Virus record (IMG/VR): IMGVR_UViG_3300028840_000888
Coordinates: 9,775 to 73,774 of that record
Direction: 5' to 3' (one strand)
Length of the DNA stretch: 64,000 nt
Source: a virus
In this document: in pieces, positions 19,141 through 29,015 of the stretch
Layout: every line of letters starts with the position of its first letter
Numbering within the stretch: position 1 is the first letter of the stretch
The notes under the pieces: model-generated
Database searches by the model: none
What the model was told of the DNA's origin: nothing
Seen by the model: only the letters and a program-made list of their open reading frames with translations
Translations under genes and position numbers: made by a program

Positions 19141-21099
19141 TTAAGTTAGTTTGTTAAGTTTTTGATACATCTCAATCCGTTGTCGTAACAGTTCCGCTTC
19201 GGTGGGTGCCTCATCAGGCGGCCCGGCCTCAGTGTCGCGGCCCTTATTTTCCTCATCTTCATTACCTGCCATGTCGTCTTCCGGTTCCACGGGCTCTTCC
19301 TCAGAAGGCATGGCGGTATCCAGCATCTCCTCAAGCGCGGTGGCTGCGGCATGGATCTGGTCAATGGTTGCGCGTATGCGTTGTGCGTTGGCCTTGCTAA
19401 TGGCGCGCCTGGCCTTTACCTCGCTGACAGCATCCTCAAGCGCCATCATATAAGAGTAGGTAGTGTGCGACGGCATTTCGTAAATCTCTTGCGGGCACCT
19501 ATCAGAGAATAAGTCAAGCATATCACCAAGTATACTGCTCATTAGCTTGCGCTGTTCGCGGCCTATGTTTCCGTACATGTACGAGTCGTCACAAATCATG
19601 GTGTACATCTTATGAATACAGCCCTGTAAATAGTCACCGAACATGGGCATACCTTGCATTTTTGATTCATTGCCTTTGTTCGCGCCCATTTCCTCTTGAT
19701 CCCACGGAGGTACAAGCCCGTCGTCGTCAAACTCCTCGCGCATCTTGGCATAGTAGCGCGCAACTTGCGTCTTGACGCGCTCTTGCTCTGCTTCTGGAAT
19801 ACCCACACCGCCACGTGCTCCCTGTAGCACTCCGGCAACGGCAAAAATTGCGCTAGGAATTGCAGTGAGTTCGCCGTTGATCACATCAGCATAGCCGAGC
19901 TTGTATCCACCAACCTGCTCGTCGGCTTCTGGATCACGGTAAAAGAAGGCATTCGCATATCGCTTCCAGTCTATCGTATCCAAGTCTTCGCTTTCGTCTT
20001 CACTTGCCCAACGACGTACACGCCCCTCCGCTTCCGTAGAATCCCATGCGCGATCACGCGATGCAAGTGGTAAGTTCTGATAAGTCAGCACGGCCTTTTT
20101 ATCTTTCTTCATATCGCCCTCCGTTTTCTTCGCTGAGAGTGTGGCGGTCGCGGGATTCATGCCCCACAACACGTTGCTATACTCCCATAGCCTGATTTCC
20201 TTTAGTTGTCGCACGCTGCATTTCTCACCGTTGCAGTTGGCTTCGACAAACTCAATCTGTACCGGGTCATAGCCGATGCTGCTTTCCGTGACGAAGCCGC
20301 CAGCCACGAGATTGAAGGCATTGCGCCCGTTATCCGTCTTCATGGCGTACTGTGTAGCCACGAGCAGGCCGCCGGTGGCATCGGGGGCATAACGTAGCAC
20401 CTCCACGGGTAATTGATCCTGCCCGACCTCACGCATCCATAGCGGCTTACCGATGACATTGTGAATTGAGTGCGCCTGGTGATTATCAAGGACACGCACC
20501 CGGCGGGCACTTTCGTCAATGCTCTTGGTGAAGGCTCCCGGCATGATCATGTCGCCGCCATCGTCAATATTGCCAATGACGGCCACGACCTGCTCAACTA
20601 TGCCCTGGGCCTCATCGGCCTTGACCACAAAGGTAGGCATCCGCTTGACTTCATAGTCTGGAAGATTGCGGTATGCGCCCGTCTTGCGTAGCTTCTGCGC
20701 ATCAATTTTCTTTTTCATAGTGTTTAGAACCTCCTTCATACGACCTTCGCCCAACTGCCCAACGACGCCCCACTTCACCCATGCCACGACTCCGGCGATA
20801 TTTGAAATGTTCGGCTCATCCGGGCTGCTGCCGGTAAAAGCGTCGCCGTTGTCAAAATGTCTTGCGGCCCATGCTTCACGTTCGCGGATCCATTCAAGCA
20901 CGGCCTCACCTTCACTGCCGTCACGCGCACGCCCCCATAGCGTAAAGGCTTCATTACCGCGAATATTACCACCGGCATCCCATATCTGTGGGTAGTCGTC
21001 GCGTAAATCCTCAGCCCATGCCCGGTCAAACTGCGGATAATTGGAATTGCGCAGGCTTACCTTTAGATCATCGCCCTGTTGCGGGAAGTTAGTCGGCAT
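19141..21099 (-). CDS. HK97 prohead protease with extra N- and C-terminal domains
   Basis: D..GD....GAF, H, SIGY, L.E.S.V..G.N; acidic scaffold-like tail. Confidence 0.88.
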   Translation of the reverse strand: MPTNFPQQGDDLKVSLRNSNYPQFDRAWAEDLRDDYPQIWDAGGNIRGNEAFTLWGRARDGSEGEAVLEWIREREAWAARHFDNGDAFTGSSPDEPNISNIAGVVAWVKWGVVGQLGEGRMKEVLNTMKKKIDAQKLRKTGAYRNLPDYEVKRMPTFVVKADEAQGIVEQVVAVIGNIDDGGDMIMPGAFTKSIDESARRVRVLDNHQAHSIHNVIGKPLWMREVGQDQLPVEVLRYAPDATGGLLVATQYAMKTDNGRNAFNLVAGGFVTESSIGYDPVQIEFVEANCNGEKCSVRQLKEIRLWEYSNVLWGMNPATATLSAKKTEGDMKKDKKAVLTYQNLPLASRDRAWDSTEAEGRVRRWASEDESEDLDTIDWKRYANAFFYRDPEADEQVGGYKLGYADVINGELTAIPSAIFAVAGVLQGARGGVGIPEAEQERVKTQVARYYAKMREEFDDDGLVPPWDQEEMGANKGNESKMQGMPMFGDYLQGCIHKMYTMICDDSYMYGNIGREQRKLMSSILGDMLDLFSDRCPQEIYEMPSHTTYSYMMALEDAVSEVKARRAISKANAQRIRATIDQIHAAATALEEMLDTAMPSEEEPVEPEDDMAGNEDEENKGRDTEAGPPDEAPTEAELLRQRIEMYQKLNKLT

Positions 21100-21400
21100 G
21101 TTGCTTCTCCTGTGCCCTCGCCCACTTCTCATCTATCACGAGGATATGCAGGCGTTCTGTGTAGCCGCCGCGCACAGTTTTTCCACTGACGGGTAGCTTT
21201 TCGATGGTCACGACCTCGGTGTCTAAAATGTGCGGCGGTATTGACTTATTACCATAATTTAATACTGTGTAGCTTGGATTTGCGGCCATACCCGCGACTC
21301 TAACTGATGTTGTTCGTGCCGTTAGGTGCGCGAAAAATACACACAGGGCGTTTGGTTCAATGCCCAACTCTCTACAAAGCTCAATAATTGCGTGGTTCAT
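21089..21400 (-). CDS. Hypothetical protein
   Basis: Coupled ORF. Confidence 0.6.
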   Translation of the reverse strand: MNHAIIELCRELGIEPNALCVFFAHLTARTTSVRVAGMAANPSYTVLNYGNKSIPPHILDTEVVTIEKLPVSGKTVRGGYTERLHILVIDEKWARAQEKQHAD

Positions 21401-21591
21401 TTTACCTCACTCGGTCCAGGTCGGCGCGCCGTGTCTGTTTCGGTTTTGCGCTCAAAGATCACGCGCAAGCCACACCCTGGGCATGTCTTGACTATCTGCT
21501 GTCCCGGCGCAATAGGGCGCTGGATAAAAATGCGCGCCTGACATTCCGGGCAGTGTACCACTGCCACTTTTTGGTATGTGTAATCCTGCAT
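21397..21591 (-). CDS. Zinc-ribbon protein (Com-like)
   Basis: CPEC...CPGC. Confidence 0.6.
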   Translation of the reverse strand: MQDYTYQKVAVVHCPECQARIFIQRPIAPGQQIVKTCPGCGLRVIFERKTETDTARRPGPSEVK

Positions 21592-22508
21592 TATACTACC
21601 CCCTGCGTTACGTCCTGCGTAATCACTGTAAATGTAGCAATAAGCGGCTCTGCACTATTACGCGCATTGGCCCCCGGTACTTCCATATCCACGATGTAGC
21701 TATATGTTGCATCTGTAGTGAAATTGTAGTCGCCAACAGCGCCGCCGGTCGGCGCCCAACGCAGCATTAGGAGCTCATTGTTTTCAAAACGCTGCCGCAA
21801 CGCATTGAATACCATCCCGTCGGCTTCCGTGTAAAGTACCTCAATAGTCACGCGTTCGGCAATACGCTTTCCCATTGACACGATGGGCGTGTCCGTTGCC
21901 TGCGGCTGCGTCTCAGAAAAACGCCGGGAGCGGCGCGGGGTGCGGATTGAATTGGCAAAGCCGCTGACATCCACCCAGTTAATGTTATCGGTCGAGTATT
22001 CTATGAAATAGCAGCCCTGTGGATTGGCGGTTACATGCGCCTCAGTAAATAGTCCACACCATGCTGCCTCGGCATCACTATTAAGCGCCCCGACCACAGC
22101 CGGGAAGCCTGCCGCATAGCCGCCGGTAAGACGGTCGGTGCGAATTACGGATGGGTCATCGCTGCCGGTCTCATTAATAAATGATGTGTTGTTATTGACC
22201 TGGCGTGCGATCCACACGTAATCTGTCGTCAGCACTACACTGCCGGCTAGTGCTATTTCATATTGCGCCGCTCCGACCGCCACGGCAAAATCTGCCGTCT
22301 GAGCAAGCAGGGCCGATGGTAGACTTGCCACATCGCTGTAAATCCCTAATCTGTAGCGCGCTCCGGCGGGTGCAGTTACAACACGGAAGCGCAGCATTGA
22401 TGCAGTTATAGGCGGCTGAATCGGGCAGCGCATGAAAAATGTCCATGTCTGGTTGATGTCCTGCTTGGAGGTAGCAAGACGTCCGCCCACATCATACCAG
22501 GTTCCCAT
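21591..22508 (-). CDS. Tail tube paralogue fused to an N-terminal domain
   Basis: C-half matches 25594-26076 (W.D.SG, ETQ...DTPI...GKR, LYTE, RW.P.GGA.GD, PG). Confidence 0.7.
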   Translation of the reverse strand: MGTWYDVGGRLATSKQDINQTWTFFMRCPIQPPITASMLRFRVVTAPAGARYRLGIYSDVASLPSALLAQTADFAVAVGAAQYEIALAGSVVLTTDYVWIARQVNNNTSFINETGSDDPSVIRTDRLTGGYAAGFPAVVGALNSDAEAAWCGLFTEAHVTANPQGCYFIEYSTDNINWVDVSGFANSIRTPRRSRRFSETQPQATDTPIVSMGKRIAERVTIEVLYTEADGMVFNALRQRFENNELLMLRWAPTGGAVGDYNFTTDATYSYIVDMEVPGANARNSAEPLIATFTVITQDVTQGVV

Positions 22509-24976
22509 TACCCTACCCCCATGAATGAGTTAAGGCGTCGGGAGCGCCGGTCTTGAATCATTGCGCCAAGTACGCGGGCGGCCCCGCCATCATAGACATT
22601 AGTAATGAAGGTGTCACCGCCGCCGGTAGCCTGCGCCCGTGATCCTTCAAGCGGCGCAACTGTGACCTGCTCGGCACCAGCTTCACCTGCCACGAAGTTG
22701 AAAGCTGTGGGTCGGTTTACGAAACGCGTCATGCCTGCTTGGAAGAACTCTTGCTCGGTGCGTCCCGTGAATCCACCGGCGGCACCGCCTTCACCGGGTA
22801 GCTTGTCGCCGGTGACATTGACGTTGATATTGATGTCACGCGGAATTGCAGCGGCAGCACTGGATACGCCTTCAAGGTTTCCGGCTGCGGTACGCGCCCT
22901 TCCGCTCAGATTTTCCATAGCCCCGCCAAGATTGCGCGCAGCGTTCGAGCTTTCATGTAATGCCCTGCGGTTCGCGCTGAACCTTTCCTCCATTGCACTA
23001 CCAACTTGTGCGCCGCGCTCACCCGCCTCTGATAGTGTGCCAACAAACTCGGAAGTGCTCTGGCTCATGCCGACTATACTTTCATCCACTGTCTGCATAG
23101 ATTCGACTATGGCTTGCATACGTGGCGCCGCTTCTACTGCAACGGTATCTAGTCCCTGTGTTAAATTGCGCGTTTCACGAACTGACATGCCTAATGTTTC
23201 GCGCATGTTAGCCATGCGCTGATCAATCGCCTCTATTGATTTGCCGCCGCGCTTCCCCACCTGCGTCATTTCTTTAGTGATTTCTTCTGTGTCTTTCGCA
23301 AGCCCTTGTACTGCACCATCCATAGCAAGTAGTTTGTCGGTGCGCTTTTCTATCGGGTCGCCCTCAATGATCTCTACATCACTGATCCCATCCAGTTCTC
23401 TTGAGAGTTTACCGGCGGCATCCGCCATGCCCTGTGCGTCAACTGCGCCGCTCTCAAATTGTGAGGCAATTTCATCTATACCTTGAATGGCCTCAAGCGT
23501 TGCGTCATCCAGCAGGCCCCACTCATTGGCAACCTGCTGTAAGCCCATAAGCTCAGCTTGTGTAAGCCCATCTAGGGCCAGGCGTTGCTCAAGGAATCCT
23601 AGCAGTATGCGGCGTGTCGCTTCTTCATGGGCCGCTGCATTATCCTCAACGGCTTGCTGTGCGTCGCGCAGGCTGCCTTGCAGGTCTGAAAGTTGGCCCT
23701 TCTGATCATCTGTAAGATACCGCCGACCTTCAAGTTCGGCTATCTGGTCTTTGAGTTCACGCACTTTGACACGGGCCTCATGCTGTTTCTCGGTGAAGCT
23801 CTCAACCTCTTGACTTATTGGCCCGCTCAATAATGTGTGGTATTGTGAAACGGCGTCTTTGGTCGCGGCAATTGCGCCCTCAAGTGTCTCGGCGTCTTGG
23901 GATGCGCTTCTCATGCTGACGCCCATATCACTAAAGCCCTCGCTGGCATACTCGCCGGCGCGGGCCGCTTGCGTAGTCTCAAAGGTGACACGATCCATAG
24001 TGTCGCCAAAACCCACGCCCAGGCGAATGGCCTCATCAATGACCAAGTTATTATCGCCAAAAATCTTGTCAACTTCCTGCGCGGCCATGCCTTCTTCAAA
24101 TAGTGACTTGCGTACAGTTTGGGCAACCCGGTCAAATTCTGCGGTGGTCTGAATAGCAACCATCTGAGTGCGCGCGTAGTCTTCCCATGTGCGGCCCGCA
24201 TCAATGGCCTGTTGTGTGTTGTCAGCTAGTGCGTCGCTTAGGTCGCGGGTGAAGGTAAAGACCTTGCTGGCGCTGTTCAGAACCGGGACTATGCCGTCAG
24301 CCACCCAAGAGACAAAGGCGTTCTTGGAGTCTGTGACAATGGCGGTAAGCCGGTCAATGCTGGCCTGTTGGCTATTCACGGAATCACCCAGGCGCTCCAT
24401 AGACTGCGCCCCGATTTCAAGCACGGCATTGTTAAAGGCTGCCTCGCGGGATAGTCCGGGCATGGCGGCTTGCAGTTCCTCAATACGCGTGCGCACCTGA
24501 GCGCTGCTGATCCCGAAGTTGTCAAGACGCGGGATTGACTGGTTTGCCAGGAGCGCGCTAAAGTCTCCAATACGGTCGCCCGCGCTCATGGTCTGGTCGC
24601 CCAATGCCACGGCCATGCTGGTCAGCTTGGCTGCTTGGTCAGCATTGTCAGCGAGGCCCATTGACAGGAATTTCGACACGGCCTGCATAGAGGTCATGCT
24701 GTCAATAGTGCCGTTAGTCGCCTGGCGGATCTGGCGTAGGAATTTGTCAGCCTCTTGCTCACTACCGGCAAGTGCAGTAAAGCGGTCGGCTACCGTGTTC
24801 ACGGAAGCGCCGAGCTTCGCCATTTCAAACGTAGCAGTTAAAGCCCCGGCTGCTGCGGCGGCCCCTGCGAATGGCGCGGATTTACGCAGGGCATCAAAGG
24901 CATCTTCAATATTCTTAATGCCTTTAGTGTCCGATGATGTATCGACCTGTACTTCTACCCTGTTTCTACGCGCCAT
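22508..24976 (-). CDS. Tape measure protein
   Basis: 822-aa Ala-rich helical ORF after TAC genes; LDNFGI and GEAGAE motifs. Confidence 0.88.
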   Translation of the reverse strand: MARRNRVEVQVDTSSDTKGIKNIEDAFDALRKSAPFAGAAAAAGALTATFEMAKLGASVNTVADRFTALAGSEQEADKFLRQIRQATNGTIDSMTSMQAVSKFLSMGLADNADQAAKLTSMAVALGDQTMSAGDRIGDFSALLANQSIPRLDNFGISSAQVRTRIEELQAAMPGLSREAAFNNAVLEIGAQSMERLGDSVNSQQASIDRLTAIVTDSKNAFVSWVADGIVPVLNSASKVFTFTRDLSDALADNTQQAIDAGRTWEDYARTQMVAIQTTAEFDRVAQTVRKSLFEEGMAAQEVDKIFGDNNLVIDEAIRLGVGFGDTMDRVTFETTQAARAGEYASEGFSDMGVSMRSASQDAETLEGAIAATKDAVSQYHTLLSGPISQEVESFTEKQHEARVKVRELKDQIAELEGRRYLTDDQKGQLSDLQGSLRDAQQAVEDNAAAHEEATRRILLGFLEQRLALDGLTQAELMGLQQVANEWGLLDDATLEAIQGIDEIASQFESGAVDAQGMADAAGKLSRELDGISDVEIIEGDPIEKRTDKLLAMDGAVQGLAKDTEEITKEMTQVGKRGGKSIEAIDQRMANMRETLGMSVRETRNLTQGLDTVAVEAAPRMQAIVESMQTVDESIVGMSQSTSEFVGTLSEAGERGAQVGSAMEERFSANRRALHESSNAARNLGGAMENLSGRARTAAGNLEGVSSAAAAIPRDININVNVTGDKLPGEGGAAGGFTGRTEQEFFQAGMTRFVNRPTAFNFVAGEAGAEQVTVAPLEGSRAQATGGGDTFITNVYDGGAARVLGAMIQDRRSRRLNSFMGVG

Positions 24977-25277
24977 TGTTTTCTAATTCACTTCGTAATT
25001 TGATTATGTCCTGTATGAGCGGCCATTGCTCTTTGTGCTGTGCCAACCAGTCCGAGATTTTGCCATCTATCTGCCGATTTGTCCAAGCTCGCCACGCGTC
25101 ATAGTAAGCCCATGATGCCAAGATGCGGTTTAGCTCCCCCGCCGGCCATTCATTGAAGGCCCCTGGGTACGGCTTGATATTCCAACCGCGCATCCTGAAC
25201 GCATGCGTTAGCTCTCGCGGCGGCGTTGCGCTGGCGTCATCAGCCGTTGCAACCGCCGCGAGTATCATGCTTTTGGG
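24966..25277 (-). CDS. Tail assembly chaperone extension reached by -1 frameshift
   Basis: C-CCA-AAA slippery heptamer at 25277-25271 links to the -1 frame. Confidence 0.72.
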   Translation of the reverse strand, partial: PKSMILAAVATADDASATPPRELTHAFRMRGWNIKPYPGAFNEWPAGELNRILASWAYYDAWRAWTNRQIDGKISDWLAQHKEQWPLIQDIIKLRSELENNGA

Positions 25278-25585
25278 ATTTGTGCATAGCTCAGTATTTC
25301 GCGCTGCGCAATGCTGGAAATCCAAGTCACGGCACGCGGGTCAAGTTCATGCACGGCGCTCTCATTGTAGCTGCACCAGCCGAGCCGGGCCAGGGTGCGC
25401 GCGACGACGCCATTGTATTCAGGCCCACTCATGCCCTGGTCATCCTTACCAGTGCGCTTATTACGCGCCTTGATGTACTCGTCCTTGACGTTTCGCTCCG
25501 TGCCGAAATACAACTCCATCGCGCCCTGCGTGAACGGTTCCGGGATGCTGACTTTAATATTGTACTCTTTAAGTTCAGCTTTCAT
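25265..25585 (-). CDS. Tail assembly chaperone
   Basis: Between tail tube and TMP; slippery site at 3' end. Confidence 0.72.
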   Translation of the reverse strand: MKAELKEYNIKVSIPEPFTQGAMELYFGTERNVKDEYIKARNKRTGKDDQGMSGPEYNGVVARTLARLGWCSYNESAVHELDPRAVTWISSIAQREILSYAQIPKA

Positions 25586-25593
25586 GGTTCCTC

Positions 25594-26076
25594 CTAACTC
25601 GAAATGGTATCGCGGTGAATCTTGTCGCTGAATAGCGAGAAGGAGAACGGAATAGGCGAGGCTTCGGACGCTTCGCCTCCGGGATAGTCAAAGTCCTGGA
25701 TCACACCGCAGCGCACCTCATACTGCTTGTCGCCAATGGCGCCACCGGCAGGAGACCAGCGCGCGCAGTAGCGGGCATCATCACAATCCTCATCCTCAAA
25801 CTTAGCGGCAATCGCCAAAAACGCATCTGTCGGCTGCTCGGTATACAATCCTGCAAATAGCGGATTGACCGCAGTGCGCTTGCCGCCGTTGATGATAGGC
25901 GTGTCGTCACCGAATACCTGCGTCTCAGCAGTTATGCGCGTTTGTGTCGTATTGCTCACGCTCATAAAATGTCCGCTAATGTCCGTCCATGATCCACATA
26001 CGCCAGCGGCGCATGGTGCGATCTCTAATTTTACACAACTCTGCGGAATCGAATAACCAGTTTTAGCCATCGTCAT
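25594..26076 (-). CDS. Major tail (tube) protein
   Basis: Position, 160 aa, beta-rich. Confidence 0.72.
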   Translation of the reverse strand: MTMAKTGYSIPQSCVKLEIAPCAAGVCGSWTDISGHFMSVSNTTQTRITAETQVFGDDTPIINGGKRTAVNPLFAGLYTEQPTDAFLAIAAKFEDEDCDDARYCARWSPAGGAIGDKQYEVRCGVIQDFDYPGGEASEASPIPFSFSLFSDKIHRDTISS

Positions 26077-26417
26077 TACCTCCGTTTACAGTTGCAGCCT
26101 TCGCCATCCGGCGCGGGTGCAGTGATAAATGAAAACGCCTGATCCTGCCAGGCTTTAAGCTCCTCTGCCTCTACGTCATCAATTTCGGCCGCATCTGCAT
26201 ACAGCAGGTCGCCAACCGTCTCGATCTCGTACTTCTTGAGCAGGGTTGCACGTTCTTGCCAGCCCTGCAAGATGTTAAGCGGCGGCGTATTGATCTTGTA
26301 AATCACGCCCTTTTCCTCTAGTATACGCAGGGCCTTTGCGCTAAGCGCCTCACCACGAAAAACCTGCCCGCGCCGCTGTCCGGTACTCAAATTGTCCGTT
26401 GTGCGATAAAGTGCCAT
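26076..26417 (-). CDS. Helix-hairpin-helix-like protein
   Basis: L..LQGW...A..L....I.TVGDL..AD pattern. Confidence 0.45.
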   Translation of the reverse strand: MALYRTTDNLSTGQRRGQVFRGEALSAKALRILEEKGVIYKINTPPLNILQGWQERATLLKKYEIETVGDLLYADAAEIDDVEAEELKAWQDQAFSFITAPAPDGEGCNCKRR

Positions 26418-26920
26418 TAGAATACCCTCACCTGAATTGTGCAGCGCAGCCCGGCGTAGAGGTCGCTAGTGTATGGAAAGGTGGCGCGCTGGATGTTGTA
26501 TTGAAAGTTGCGTATACCATCTATGCCGAATAGCGATCCGCATGATTGATCATCAAAGATGGTCTGCAAAGCATCGAAGGCGCATGTCTGATTATAGATG
26601 TTTTCACCAAGATGATTGCGCTTTGAAATGTACAAGTCGGCTATGATAGTGAAGTCGTATTGAATGGTGCCGTTGGATTTGCTAAAGGTCGTCTTGCTCG
26701 TGTCACCCTGGGAGTCTACCGTCCCGCTGTTGTCCCAGTACACCTGTAGTGTGCCATTGTCATTGATGCCTTCAGTGATAGGGCCAAGACATACGCCTGA
26801 GCATGATGTCTCTTGCTGCCTGACGCCGGAGCTTTGCACGCGCTTCACAACGGTTGTCGCCGCGCCGAGTGTGCGCGCCACTGCATTGACTATCTGCACT
26901 AAGGTTATCGTTCCACTCAT
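26417..26920 (-). CDS. Tail terminator/completion protein
   Basis: Position after gp10-like gene. Confidence 0.55.
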   Translation of the reverse strand: MSGTITLVQIVNAVARTLGAATTVVKRVQSSGVRQQETSCSGVCLGPITEGINDNGTLQVYWDNSGTVDSQGDTSKTTFSKSNGTIQYDFTIIADLYISKRNHLGENIYNQTCAFDALQTIFDDQSCGSLFGIDGIRNFQYNIQRATFPYTSDLYAGLRCTIQVRVF

Positions 26921-27279
26921 TTTTCCACTATCCAGGCCACTGCATCATCGAGTAGCTTTTCGATCTTCGCCAAGTTCTTCTCAAGTGCGCCTTGCAGATA
27001 ATGACGGCGGCGCTCTTGTTTGGGCGCATACACCACATTACTACCCACTACGCCCATGATACGCTTCCCGCCTGCGCTGGTTCTGATCTCTGGTGTAATG
27101 CTGGCGCGTAGTCTGCCGGTTTTTACCGGAGACAGGCGCTTGGCGTCACGCTGTACAAGGAGTGTAGCCTTGCGCATGGCATTGAGCAAGCCGTCGCCAT
27201 CCAAGTCGCGGATGACTTGCTCTACCTTCTTTTGGGCCTCTTTTAGTCCCTTGATTTCTATTTGTATATCTGTGGGCAT
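26917..27279 (-). CDS. HK97 gp10-like neck protein
   Basis: PVKTGRLRASI, VGSNVVYA..E, YL..AL. Confidence 0.85.
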   Translation of the reverse strand: MPTDIQIEIKGLKEAQKKVEQVIRDLDGDGLLNAMRKATLLVQRDAKRLSPVKTGRLRASITPEIRTSAGGKRIMGVVGSNVVYAPKQERRRHYLQGALEKNLAKIEKLLDDAVAWIVEK

Positions 27280-27357
27280 AATGCAAAACGCGCCGCAGCA
27301 CAATTAAGTGCTTGCGGCGCTCCTTTCGGGCTGCCTAATGTTTTACCTTACTACTCT

Positions 27358-27386
27358 ATTATACACCATAATCGCTATGGACGCAA
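27358..27386 (-). promoter_or_regulatory. Internal sigma70-like promoter with hairpin leader
   Basis: TTGCGT-N17-TATAAT; leader GCGCCGCAAGCAC/GTGCTGCGGCGC then GTTTT. Confidence 0.65.
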
Positions 27387-27512
27387 CTTCGCCATGGTCT
27401 TGAACTCCCGGCGTATCTCTGCGGTAGTGGGCGACATGCCTAATTCATCCTCAATCGCATCTACGATCATGAGAAGGCCCTGGCGTAGTTTCATCCAAAA
27501 TTGCCTACTCAT
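27375..27512 (-). CDS. 45-aa protein not in ORF track (MSRQFWMKLRQGLLMIVDAIEDELGMSPTTAEIRREFKTMAKLRP)
   Basis: TGATG coupling to upstream stop. Confidence 0.55.
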   Translation of the reverse strand: MSRQFWMKLRQGLLMIVDAIEDELGMSPTTAEIRREFKTMAKLRP

Positions 27513-28216
27513 CATCGCCGCCCTATCGCGGGCTTGTAGTAGCGGCTGTTTACCAAGATCATCTTAACGTCAGCATCCAACACCTGACGGTATAGAATTG
27601 TACCAAAGTCATCACTCGCTAGGGTAATATCCTGTGCGCCTTGTAGTCGCTTGTACCAGCGTGCTGTTTGCATGATGCAGGCCGTGGTGATCTCCTCCGG
27701 CGTCGTGATTGAATGGCCCCATCTCGCCGTAACCTGCACCGTGGGCGTGGCGCGCTGGCGGTCAAGGTTGCCCGGCGGGAAGCCCGCCGGACCATTGAAG
27801 CTACCACTCGTAAAGATACCGTAGCTTGAGTTGGCGGCAAGAAGGAGCCCGGTGTAGGGTATGCGGTTAAAGTTCGGATCCGCTGCCGGGCCGGAGAAGG
27901 CTATCCAGTCCGTACCTGCCGTCCATGCGGTGTAGGTTGCGGATGTGACGGAATCCTTCACTGCAACTGCTGTGATTTCCACGCACTCCTCAATCCATTG
28001 ATGCGCGAGACCACTACCTGCGTATATCTTCGTCGTTGCAGTGGTTGGCGCGAGGAAGGCTTCTATATCGTTCCCGTCGCCGTCTTGTTGATAGTGTCCG
28101 GTAAAGCGGTCGATAGCATTTCCGGCGGCGAGGATCAGGGCCTTGATTACTGGATCATCTTCCTGGACGGTTTTGTCTATGTGTTGACGTACTTCTCTAA
28201 CGGTTGTATAAGGCAT
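27512..28216 (-). CDS. Head-tail adaptor (gp6/gp15-like)
   Basis: Y.T..E.., A...ID..TG, V.VTARWG....PEEI..AC. Confidence 0.8.
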   Translation of the reverse strand: MPYTTVREVRQHIDKTVQEDDPVIKALILAAGNAIDRFTGHYQQDGDGNDIEAFLAPTTATTKIYAGSGLAHQWIEECVEITAVAVKDSVTSATYTAWTAGTDWIAFSGPAADPNFNRIPYTGLLLAANSSYGIFTSGSFNGPAGFPPGNLDRQRATPTVQVTARWGHSITTPEEITTACIMQTARWYKRLQGAQDITLASDDFGTILYRQVLDADVKMILVNSRYYKPAIGRR

Positions 28217-28237
28217 GTTTTTACCTTCCTAAGTTAT

Positions 28238-28459
28238 TCATTTGCTCTTTTTGAGAATCTTGCGTGCGATTATGTATGGGCAATCACGCTTGTGTGCCTT
28301 CTGGCTGTCAGGATTTGACACAGCGGTCAAATCGGCCTCGCAGTATTTACATGTCCACACTGCGGTTAGGCGGTGGGATGTGGCATCAATACCGATCTCC
28401 GTCAAAAACGGTTCGTCATAAACTATTGACTCTAGTATCTTGCGAATAGATTTCTTCAT
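28238..28459 (-). CDS. Small CxxC/HxxxC protein
   Basis: CKYC...HKRDC. Confidence 0.55.
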   Translation of the reverse strand: MKKSIRKILESIVYDEPFLTEIGIDATSHRLTAVWTCKYCEADLTAVSNPDSQKAHKRDCPYIIARKILKKSK

Positions 28460-28680
28460 TATGACACTCCTGGGTAGTATCCGAGAATCTCATAGAATGT
28501 CTCGGAATGTCGATTGACGAATTCCATAACGGCAACACGCGCACAGTCGTCTTTGTGGTCGCTGTCCGCGTACACATTATCGATCACCTCTCCGCAAAAT
28601 GCGCAATGATTCGGGGTTAACTGTACTTTTCCTGAAGCATGTATGCTATTAGAGATTCTTCCATTGACGTGGCTATACAC
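28459..28680 (-). CDS. Small CxxC/HxxxC protein
   Basis: CAFC...HKDDC. Confidence 0.5.
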   Translation of the reverse strand: MYSHVNGRISNSIHASGKVQLTPNHCAFCGEVIDNVYADSDHKDDCARVAVMEFVNRHSETFYEILGYYPGVS

Positions 28681-28994
28681 ACCATTTTCTGAGACACACC
28701 ATCATTGATCTCTAGCACATCAGTTATAGCGAAAAATCCGTGGTTTGCTAGGTCTTGCGCCTTGACATTCATTTCTGTAAGAATTGACGCATGAACATTA
28801 ACCTCTATATACCAAGTTTTCTGGTCTTCTTCGACCTCTCTAATCATTGCCTGAGACCAATTGTAGCAAGCATTGATTAGGAAGTGCGTGGTTATCATGC
28901 CGCCAATGGGCTCCCATCCATACTCTGAGAGAACACGCACCTTATTAGTTAGTTCTGGCGCTGACCTTGCGGATACAATTGTATATTGTTTCAT
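28617..28994 (-). CDS. DUF1737-like protein
   Basis: Y.IVSA....EL..KV......GW...GG...QAM. Confidence 0.6.
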   Translation of the reverse strand: MKQYTIVSARSAPELTNKVRVLSEYGWEPIGGMITTHFLINACYNWSQAMIREVEEDQKTWYIEVNVHASILTEMNVKAQDLANHGFFAITDVLEINDGVSQKMVCIATSMEESLIAYMLQEKYS

Positions 28995-29015
28995 GACTTA
29001 ACTCCTTTCGGGTTT

